In this document: positions 9,615 to 16,732 of the stretch, piece after piece | Position numbering within the stretch: the stretch's first letter is position 1 | How the letters are laid out: each line of letters starts with the position of its first letter | NCBI GenBank assembly: GCA_025360145.1 | Contig: JANYCV010000437.1 | Span: forward strand, 1-56,772 | Source of the DNA: Acidobacteriaceae bacterium | Lineage (GTDB): Bacteria > Acidobacteriota > Terriglobia > Bryobacterales > Bryobacteraceae | Length of the DNA: 56,772 nt | Direction of reading: 5' to 3' | Program-made: the position numbers and the translations under genes | Notes under the pieces: model-generated | The model's input: only the letters and a program-made list of their open reading frames with translations | The model's database searches: none | Told to the model about the DNA's origin: nothing

Positions 9615-9865
9615 GAAGCCACGAGATCAACATCTGTATCCACAGGCAGCGGGTGCCCGAACAAGCCCGGCCGTTTCCTGTCCGGACAAAACCGATTCTA
9701 GCCACGGCTTGGCCTTCCGGTTTAGCGGTGCGTCCGAGTTACTAGCGTAGCTGAGGAGGTTCGCAACCACAGCTTCCGGTTGAGATCCTCGTCCTCTATA
9801 GCGTCAGCAGCAGCCAGCACTTTGTCCCAACCGAACTCTTGCTTCTCTCCCATCCGAAACGTTTT

Positions 9866-10018
9866 CTAAACGAACTTCCGGGCGCGCTTGGGCTCTTTGC
9901 CGCGAAGCCCAATTCGTGCAGCTTCATTTAGGGCTTCTTTGAAGGAGATTGCTCGCTCCCTCATTGCGTCCTTGATTAACCTTTCAACGTCGGGATACAG
10001 AGTGACCGTTGTCCGCAT
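9866..10018 (-). CDS. VapB-like (MRTT-type) type II antitoxin with no cognate toxin gene
   Basis: The 50-aa reading from the internal ATG is MRTTVTLYPDVERLIKDAMRERAISFKEALNEAARIGL..., the pattern of VapB-family antitoxins. The longer ORF-track version adds an Arg/Ser-rich leader that looks non-coding. Confidence 0.6.
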   Translation of the reverse strand: MRTTVTLYPDVERLIKDAMRERAISFKEALNEAARIGLRGKEPKRARKFV

Positions 10019-10127
10019 TTTGCTATCATGATGCCTCAGTATTTGAGACTCCGTTTCTGGACTCCTGCCTGCTGATGCCCTGTTCGGAAGAAAGCGTCGC
10101 GCGGAGATTAGACCAGCCCCTGGGCGG

Positions 10128-10520
10128 CTAGTCCGGCTCATCGATAATCTGGAAGCGATTCACCGGAATCCCGTGCAGTTTCTGAATGATTCCAGAGGGC
10201 CGGTGGATCTCGAGATCCAGAACCTCCGTATCCTTGCCCAGGCCAAAGTGGACGACGCGATCGCTCGATCCGCCGTAGCCGACCGAAGTTGTCACTCTGT
10301 TCCATAGTTCGCCCGATGCCGAAATCAAATGCAGACTGGCGCCAATGCCGTCGCGATTGCTGCGGTGGCCAACCAGGCGGAAAGCAATCCAATTTCCGGC
10401 CGGGCTAGTGTTGTGAAGCACGATTGGCTGTTCGTTCAGCCGCGTTACTACTACATCGACACGGCCATCGCCAGGCCGTATTTCCAGCCAGATTCCCCGC
10501 CCCGGCGGCCGCGCCTGAAA
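10128..10520 (-). pseudogene. 5'-truncated ASPIC/UnbV (CRTAC1-like) gene fragment, C-terminal ~130 codons only
   Basis: The in-frame translation PGDGRVDVVVTRLNEQPIVLHNTSPAGNWIAFRLVGHRSNRDGIGA...GYGGSSD...HFGLG aligns by eye with the C-terminus of the intact paralog at 30496..32175. Upstream the frame hits TGA about 40 nt from the next gene. Confidence 0.75.
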
Positions 10521-10560
10521 TCAGCAGGCACGGAGGTTGATATAGTAACTGCTGACTGCC

Positions 10561-11814
10561 ATGAATCGACGCCAATTCCTCCACACCGCCAGCGCCGCGG
10601 GCTGCGCTTTCGCAGCGCCTTTCCAGAGTCTCGCCGCCGCTCTTCAGAAGAAAGTGAAGATCACTGACGTCAAATACATGATCGTCCGCGGCACCTGGGA
10701 CTGGAATCTCATCAAGATCGAGACCGATTCCGGCCTCTACGGCATCGGAGAAGCCTATTGGGGCTGGGGCGTCAAGGACCTGGTCCTCAACAAACTGAGG
10801 CCCATCATCCTCGGCGAAGACCCCCTCAACGTCGAGAAGCTATACACCAAAATGCTAATGGAGAGCGCAGGCGCAGGAGCCATCGCCGGTGTCACCGTCA
10901 CCGCGGCCAGCGGCATCGAAATCGCTTTGTGGGATCTCTGCGGCCGCATTCTCCAAACGCCGGTGTGCAATCTGCTCGGCGGCCGTTTCCGGGACCGCAT
11001 TCGCTTTTACCGAACCCTGCAATCGGTCGACAACGTCGAAGACACCAACGCCTGGCGTGAACTGGTCCAGAAGGCTCAAGCGGAAAAGGCGGGCTGGACG
11101 GCCTTCAAATTCCAGGGCGACGCCGTGCCCCGCAAAGCCGACCCCGGCTACAAAGAACCCGGCCATGAGCAGTATGCCCGCAACCTCACGCACAAAGACT
11201 ACCGCCGCATTGTGAAAGGAATGGAGACCGTTCGCGAAACCCTCGGCCCCGATGGCGACTTCGCCATCGAATGCCACTGGCGCTACGACACGCAGGACGT
11301 GATCCGCCTGGGTAAGGAACTGGAACCGGTGAAGCCGATGTGGTTGGAAGATCCAGTCCCGCCCGACAACATTGAAGCCATGCAGCGCGTCACGCACTCA
11401 ATCAATGTGCCAGTGTGTACCGGCGAAAATCTCTACGGCCGGCAGGGCTTCCGCAAGCTGATCGAGATGCAGGCCTGCTCCGGCGTACACATCGATATCC
11501 CGAAATCCGGCGGTCTGCTGGAATCGAAGAAGATCTCCGATCACGCCGACCTCTATTACATCTGGACCGCGTGCCACAACCCGGCGAGCCCTCTGGGAAC
11601 CATCGCCTCCTGCCACGCGTCGGCGGCCATGCGCGAATTTCGCGTTCACGAACTCGCCAATTGGGTACCCTGGTGGCCGGACCTGGTGACGCACGAAGGG
11701 CCCTTCTGGAAAGACGGCTACTTCACCATTGAAGACAAACCGGGCTACGGAGTAGAAATCAACCCCGACGTCGCCAAAGCTCATCTGGCCCCGGGCGAGA
11801 CGTGGTGGGGCTAG
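10561..11814 (+). CDS. Enolase-superfamily enzyme (galactonate/mannonate dehydratase-like) with a twin-arginine signal
   Basis: The N-terminus MNRRQFLHTASAAGCAFAAPFQSLAA is Tat-like. NLIKIETDSGLYGIGEA and ALWDLCGRILQTPVCNLLGG resemble the ManD/RspA-type N-terminal domain. Confidence 0.7.
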   Translation: MNRRQFLHTASAAGCAFAAPFQSLAAALQKKVKITDVKYMIVRGTWDWNLIKIETDSGLYGIGEAYWGWGVKDLVLNKLRPIILGEDPLNVEKLYTKMLMESAGAGAIAGVTVTAASGIEIALWDLCGRILQTPVCNLLGGRFRDRIRFYRTLQSVDNVEDTNAWRELVQKAQAEKAGWTAFKFQGDAVPRKADPGYKEPGHEQYARNLTHKDYRRIVKGMETVRETLGPDGDFAIECHWRYDTQDVIRLGKELEPVKPMWLEDPVPPDNIEAMQRVTHSINVPVCTGENLYGRQGFRKLIEMQACSGVHIDIPKSGGLLESKKISDHADLYYIWTACHNPASPLGTIASCHASAAMREFRVHELANWVPWWPDLVTHEGPFWKDGYFTIEDKPGYGVEINPDVAKAHLAPGETWWG

Positions 11815-11857
11815 CGGCCCGTCCAGTCTAATTCGGGACAGTACGCGAGGAAGCCAA

Positions 11858-11880
11858 GGTGGGGCGGACGCCGTCGCCCG
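11858..11880. repeat. REP-like GC-rich element (GGTGGGGCGGACGCC type)
   Basis: The 15-mer GGTGGGGCGGACGCC is identical to 16615..16629. It lies in the convergent gap between the enolase gene and deoB. Confidence 0.5.
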
Positions 11881-11916
11881 CGCTCTCGCGCTAGTTCTCA
11901 ACTCTTACAAGCGCCA

Positions 11917-13080
11917 TCACCCGAGCAAAGCAAGAAAGCTAGTGCCACGGCTCAACCGCGCGCCAAAGTTCTCCGCTACCGTCTGCCCGATATCGGAAAG
12001 CGTAGCGCGAGTCCCCAAATTGACCGAAGCGGTTCCCGGTCCATACACCAACAACGGCACATACTCGCGGCTATGGTCCGTACTAGCTGTTGTGGGGTCG
12101 CAACCATGATCGGCCGTAAGAATCACCAGATCGCCAGGCTGCAGCGCAGCGTCCAAACGCGGAAGCCACCCGTCCACTTCCTCCAGCGCACCGGCGTAAC
12201 CTTCCACATCGTTGCGATGGCCAAATTCCTGGTCGAAGTCCACCAGATTGACGAAAATCAAACCGTCCGGAGTGTCGGCCATCGCCTCCAGGGTCTTCGC
12301 CATACCATCGGCGTTGCTCTTCGTCTTCTCCTGGTCGCGAATGCCGCGGCCCAGAAACACATCGAAGATCTTGCCCACGCTGAACACCGGAACATCGCGC
12401 GCGCTCAGTTGATCCAGCAGCATGTCCTTGGGCGGCGATACCGCATAGTCGTGCCGGTTCGGAGTGCGCGTAAATGCCCCGGGATCTCCAGTGAACGGAC
12501 GCGCAATCACCCGCCCCACTTCATACGGACCGCGCAGAACATCGCGCGCCGTCTCGCAGATCTTGTACAGCTCCCACAGCGGAATCACGTCTTCATGCGC
12601 AGCGACCTGAAACACGCTGTCAGCCGACGTATAAACAATCGGCGATCCGGTACGCACATGCTCGGCGCCCAGCTCTTTGATGATCTCCGTTCCAGATGCC
12701 GAACGGTTGCCCAAAGACCGGCGGCCGATCCGGCTCTCAAACTCGTTCATGACTTCCGGCGGAAAGCCTTTCGGAAACAGCGGAAACGGCTTCTCCAGAT
12801 GAATACCAACCATCTCCCAGTGCCCTGTTGTAGTATCCTTGCCAGGAGAAGCAAGGGTGCATTTCCCGAACGCCGCAGCGGGCGCGGCAGCGGGCTCCAG
12901 CCCGGCAAGCGGCTTAATATTAGCAAGTCCCAACCGGCACAGATTCGGCAACCGCAGCGGCCGCAGCCTAGCGATGTTGCCCAAGGTGTCGCTGCCCGTG
13001 TCGCCGTAAGCGGCAGCGTCCGGCATCTCGCCTATGCCCACGCTATCCAGCACAATCCAGATCACACGGCGGAACGTCAT
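11917..13080 (-). CDS. deoB: Phosphopentomutase
   Basis: VIWIVLDSVGIGEMPDAAAYGDTGSDTLGNI, TGHWEM and ILTADHGCDPT are classic DeoB motifs. Confidence 0.9.
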   Translation of the reverse strand: MTFRRVIWIVLDSVGIGEMPDAAAYGDTGSDTLGNIARLRPLRLPNLCRLGLANIKPLAGLEPAAAPAAAFGKCTLASPGKDTTTGHWEMVGIHLEKPFPLFPKGFPPEVMNEFESRIGRRSLGNRSASGTEIIKELGAEHVRTGSPIVYTSADSVFQVAAHEDVIPLWELYKICETARDVLRGPYEVGRVIARPFTGDPGAFTRTPNRHDYAVSPPKDMLLDQLSARDVPVFSVGKIFDVFLGRGIRDQEKTKSNADGMAKTLEAMADTPDGLIFVNLVDFDQEFGHRNDVEGYAGALEEVDGWLPRLDAALQPGDLVILTADHGCDPTTASTDHSREYVPLLVYGPGTASVNLGTRATLSDIGQTVAENFGARLSRGTSFLALLG

Positions 13081-14346
13081 CTACCGGACCTCCAGGGCTT
13101 CTTTAATCCGGTCGCTCAGCATCGCCACAAACCGGTCCGGCAGAAAACCGTTCATCCGGCTATACACCCGTCCCTGCTTGTCCATAATCAGCGTGGCCGG
13201 AATGGAAGACACTCTCAGGAAATTCGACAAACCATCCTCGAAGTAGACGTTGCTCTTGCTCCACTTCTGCGCCATAAGAAATGGAGCCACCAGCGTATGA
13301 TCTTCATCGGTGGCGATTGCCAGAAACACCACATCCTTGTTGGCTGCATACTTATGCTTCACAATCTCGTACAGCGGATGCTGTGCGCGGCACGGTCCGC
13401 ACCAGGTGGCCCAGAAATCCATGACCACCACCTTGCCGCGAAGCGATGCAAGTTGCAGCTTTGCGCCGTCCAGCCCGGTGATGGTGTAATCCATCGCATT
13501 CGTCAGACTCGCATTCGGGTCCAGTTGCCGCTGCGCATCGTTGCGTGCCGCCATCAACGCATCGGTGCGGTCAAACGCTTCCAGCACAATGTCGCCCAGC
13601 CCCGCTTCGGAATTCTTCGCCTTGCGATAGAGCGCAGCCAGCTTCGCGCGGTCCTTCAACCGGTCCGTGTCCGCCAGCGCGAACGCGTCGGCATAGTGCG
13701 GAATCGCCTCCGATTCTCTGCCCGCCTTCTCCAGCCACTTCCCCATCTCTCGCGCCGAATCCGCCGTGGGGTAAGTCTCAAAGCCCTTGCCAGCCAGCAC
13801 CAGCGCCTCGGCGATCTTGCCCAAATTCCCGGTAGCCCTGGCCTGAAAAACCAATGCGCGGCCCAAAGCCTTGTCGATCTCCTCGGATCGCAGCGCCCGA
13901 TTGGCAGCCGGCGGCAGGGCTTCCTTATCCAGCATTCGCATGATCTCTTCGAACCTGCGGGAATACTTCAACGCCCGTTCCGCGCTCTGCTTGTCGTCGC
14001 CGTTGAGAAGGATTCGCGACACGCGCTCCAGAATCCGCGGATCGTCCATGTTGCGCGCCAGGACCTTCTCGCCCCAGATTAGAACCCGCCGGTCGTCCTT
14101 CGATTCCAGTGCGGCCTTCACCAGCGCCAGTTCCAGCTCAGGCCTCTGCGGAGTATCCGGATATTTCGCCAGGTGCTGTTCCAGTACCCGGGCGAAGTCG
14201 ACCGCACTGTTCCCAGCCTCGGCCAGCGCATCGCGCAGTTCCTTCTGCTCCAAATCGGACGGGGCAAAGGACGGTTCGAGTTTCCGCTGCGCCGGACCAA
14301 TAGCCGCCAGCAGGAACCCGGCCACTACAATTCGCAGAAACTTCAT
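13081..14346 (-). CDS. Secreted TPR-domain / TlpA-like thioredoxin fusion protein (WCGPC)
   Basis: Signal peptide, a helical-repeat N-terminal half, and a C-terminal redoxin domain (KVVVMDFWATWCGPCRAQHP). The stop directly abuts the deoB start. Confidence 0.75.
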   Translation of the reverse strand: MKFLRIVVAGFLLAAIGPAQRKLEPSFAPSDLEQKELRDALAEAGNSAVDFARVLEQHLAKYPDTPQRPELELALVKAALESKDDRRVLIWGEKVLARNMDDPRILERVSRILLNGDDKQSAERALKYSRRFEEIMRMLDKEALPPAANRALRSEEIDKALGRALVFQARATGNLGKIAEALVLAGKGFETYPTADSAREMGKWLEKAGRESEAIPHYADAFALADTDRLKDRAKLAALYRKAKNSEAGLGDIVLEAFDRTDALMAARNDAQRQLDPNASLTNAMDYTITGLDGAKLQLASLRGKVVVMDFWATWCGPCRAQHPLYEIVKHKYAANKDVVFLAIATDEDHTLVAPFLMAQKWSKSNVYFEDGLSNFLRVSSIPATLIMDKQGRVYSRMNGFLPDRFVAMLSDRIKEALEVR

Positions 14347-14966
14347 TCGGCTTTCGCTTTATCCTTGCGGAAGAAATCAGCCAGCGCAGCGGCGCGTTCC
14401 CGGGCCATATGCATATAGGTTTCGTTCTTCGCGATACGATCCAGCAGCGGCAGAAATCGCTCGCCGCCGATCAGCCGCTTCCGGTCCAGCGCGGCTTCAA
14501 CCTGCAACAGCGATTTCTGAACGCCCAGCTTATCGAAGCGGATGGTCCGCTCCAGATCGAAGTACAGCGATTGCGTCTCGGAGACCTTCTCGAACCGGTC
14601 CAGCAGCAGCTTCGCGTCCTCGTCCTGCGAGTAATTGAAAGTGGTCTCGCTCTTCTCCGCGCCGTTCTCGTACTTGAAGGTCTTCTTGCCCATGAAGGCA
14701 ACATTCAGATTCGCGTCCAGCGGACGCTTGAAGCGCTCCAGCTTCTCGCAAAGTTCGAAGATGGCCTTGGTATCGTCCTCCGGCATTTGATAAGCGATCG
14801 GTGCGGGATCGTTCGGCGTCTCTCTGTATACGGCCTTCCCGTCCGACGCGACCTCAATCTCAACGTAAGCCGGAACGCTGCCGGGGAACGATTTCGAGTA
14901 GGTAACCTTCGGTGTACCGGACGCGGCCAGAACGGCGCCAAATGCAAGAATGATCCAAAACTTCAT
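14343..14966 (-). CDS. Secreted hypothetical protein
   Basis: The internal ATG ([17 protein letters not shown]) gives a signal peptide. It also gives 4-nt overlaps with ruvC upstream and the TPR/redoxin gene downstream. No family recognised. Confidence 0.55.
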   Translation of the reverse strand: MKFWIILAFGAVLAASGTPKVTYSKSFPGSVPAYVEIEVASDGKAVYRETPNDPAPIAYQMPEDDTKAIFELCEKLERFKRPLDANLNVAFMGKKTFKYENGAEKSETTFNYSQDEDAKLLLDRFEKVSETQSLYFDLERTIRFDKLGVQKSLLQVEAALDRKRLIGGERFLPLLDRIAKNETYMHMARERAAALADFFRKDKAKAE

Positions 14967-15463
14967 CGGGCAACCGCTCCTATTCGCGCCATCGACGACA
15001 GATGCGTTGCATGGCAAATGGCGACAGCGACCGCATCGGAGGCATCCTCGGATTCAATCTGCCGGTCCAGTTTTAGCAGTGAACAAACCATCAGCTGAAC
15101 CTGTTGCTTCTCCGCGCGCCCGTACCCCACAACGCTGGTCTTGATCTCCAGCGGCGAATATTCACCGAGCGAAATCCCCGCCTCGGCGATCACCAGCATG
15201 GCAACGCCTCTCACATGGCACAACTTCAACGCAGTCTTAACATTCACCGCATGGAACACTTCTTCAATGGCGCCGCCGTCGGGATGAAATTCGCAGATGA
15301 CCTTGCGCAGGCCGTCTCCAATTTCCAGAAGCCGCTTGGACAGTGGATCCTTAGGTCTGGTGCGGATCACTCCGGCCGTGATCAGCCGATGCGTCAGACC
15401 ATCGCTCTCAATCATTCCGTAGCCGGTCTTCTCCGTCCCGCAATCAATCCCAAGGACCCGCAT
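14963..15463 (-). CDS. ruvC: Crossover junction endodeoxyribonuclease RuvC
   Basis: [16 protein letters not shown]..., 166 aa, with the typical RuvC catalytic N-terminus. Its start shares one nucleotide with the yebC stop (TAATG). Confidence 0.9.
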   Translation of the reverse strand: MRVLGIDCGTEKTGYGMIESDGLTHRLITAGVIRTRPKDPLSKRLLEIGDGLRKVICEFHPDGGAIEEVFHAVNVKTALKLCHVRGVAMLVIAEAGISLGEYSPLEIKTSVVGYGRAEKQQVQLMVCSLLKLDRQIESEDASDAVAVAICHATHLSSMARIGAVAR

Positions 15464-16206
15464 TATGCCAGGGCTTCCATCTCCTTCTCATCGATATCCA
15501 TATTCGAAAACACGCTCTGCACATCGTCGTGTTCTTCCAGATTCTCGGTAAGCCGCAGCATCGCCGAAGCCTGCTTGCCGGACACCATCACCAGATTCTT
15601 CGGGATCATCGCGATGCCGGAGGAGGCCATTGGAATCTTGGCATTCTCAAGCGCGCCGATCACGCCCATGTTCGCTTCGGGCGCCGAAAGGATCTCCCAT
15701 TGGTCGCCGTCGTCCCGCAGATCGTCGGCGCCGGCTTCGAGCACCAGGTTCATCAAGTCGTCCTCTTTGGCGTACTCTTTGTCGATCAGGATCTGGCCCT
15801 TGCGATCGAACATCCACGCCACGCTTCCCTCAGCGCCCATGTTGCCGCCTTGCTTTGAAAACATATGGCGGATCTCGCTCACGGTGCGGTTGCGGTTATC
15901 GGTGGCGGCATTCACCACGATGGCTGCCCCGCCGGGACCGTAGCCTTCGTACATGATCTCCTCGATCTGTCCGCCTTCGAGTTCGCCGGTGCCCCGCATG
16001 ATGGCTTTCTTGATATTATCGGCCGGCATACTGACCGATTTGGCGGCCAGCACAGCGGTGCGAAGTCGAGGATTCATATCCACATCGCCCCCGTTTCGCG
16101 CGGCGATCATAATTTCTTTAATGATGCGCGTGAAACTCTTTCCGCGCTTTGCGTCCAAGGCAGCCTTTTTGTGCTTGATGGTTGCCCACTTAGAATGGCC
16201 TGACAT
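15463..16206 (-). CDS. yebC: YebC/PmpR-family transcriptional regulator
   Basis: [32 protein letters not shown] is the invariant YebC N-terminus. Confidence 0.9.
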   Translation of the reverse strand: MSGHSKWATIKHKKAALDAKRGKSFTRIIKEIMIAARNGGDVDMNPRLRTAVLAAKSVSMPADNIKKAIMRGTGELEGGQIEEIMYEGYGPGGAAIVVNAATDNRNRTVSEIRHMFSKQGGNMGAEGSVAWMFDRKGQILIDKEYAKEDDLMNLVLEAGADDLRDDGDQWEILSAPEANMGVIGALENAKIPMASSGIAMIPKNLVMVSGKQASAMLRLTENLEEHDDVQSVFSNMDIDEKEMEALA

Positions 16207-16507
16207 TTCGAACCTCTAACAAGGAAGGATATTGAATGGGTTGAACCCAAACACCAAGATAGCAAATTGGCTAACAGATCTAAAGGGAAATTCGCTCCCT
16301 ATTTCCGTCCGGCCGCAGCTTCCCTACTTAAGAGATCGTAACAGTTCAGGCCCCCCTCTCAAGCCTTCGCCGCAGTCAACGTTGCGCGGATCGCTAATTC
16401 AAAGCGGCCGCCAAGTCATTGATTATTCGCCACCGCTCCAGGAGCGCGACGCGCCGAGGCACGCCGAGGTACAGAATGGGCGACCGATTTCGCTGGAATT
16501 CAGCGTG

Positions 16508-16617
16508 GTACCTGAACTGTTACAAAAGATCGTGGCCCCACGGTATCAGCTTCTGGAGTTCTTCCAGGTCCCTCTTAAACGTGCCTGAACTGTTACAAAA
16601 GATCGTGGCCCCACGGT
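16508..16617 (+). repeat. Two 37-nt direct repeats separated by a 36-nt unique spacer (CRISPR-like geometry, probably a REP/MITE-type repeat)
   Basis: GT[A/G]CCTGAACTGTTACAAAAGATCGTGGCCCCACGGT occurs at 16508..16544 and 16581..16617. The core is 34/34 identical. A partial inverted copy (GATCGTAACAGTTCAGG) sits at 16334..16350. No cas genes are in the window. Confidence 0.6.
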
Positions 16618-16657
16618 GGGGCGGACGCCACGTCCGCGGGTGACCCCCAGGTCACCC
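16615..16657. repeat. REP-like double hairpin (GGTGGGGCGGACGCC type)
   Basis: Shares a 15-mer with 11858..11872. Two adjacent hairpins follow: GCGGACG-CCA-CGTCCGC, then GGGTGACC-CCCA-GGTCACCC. Confidence 0.55.
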
Positions 16658-16732
16658 AACTGGCGTAGCTCTTACTTGCCAAAACGCCCGAACCAGCATC
16701 GCCTGTACAGTGACGTGGTCCGATAGGCAACC

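Noticed and set aside
9885-9895. Possible att-site repeat of the tRNA-Arg 3' end (CCGGGCGC)
   Set aside because: The match is only 8 nt, lies in GC-rich DNA and falls inside the VapB-like coding region, so it is compatible with chance.
12073-14082. 669-aa ORF on the plus strand
   Set aside because: It lies antisense to deoB and the TPR/redoxin gene. It is extremely Arg/His/Gln-rich with no motifs. This is a typical shadow ORF in GC-rich DNA, and the opposite-strand genes have unambiguous family signatures.
16508-16617. Calling the 37/36/37-nt unit a CRISPR array
   Set aside because: There are only two repeat copies and no cas genes in 57 kb. A partial inverted copy lies nearby, and the unit is directly fused to REP-like hairpins. 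It is kept as a repeat feature and a finding to test, but not annotated as CRISPR.
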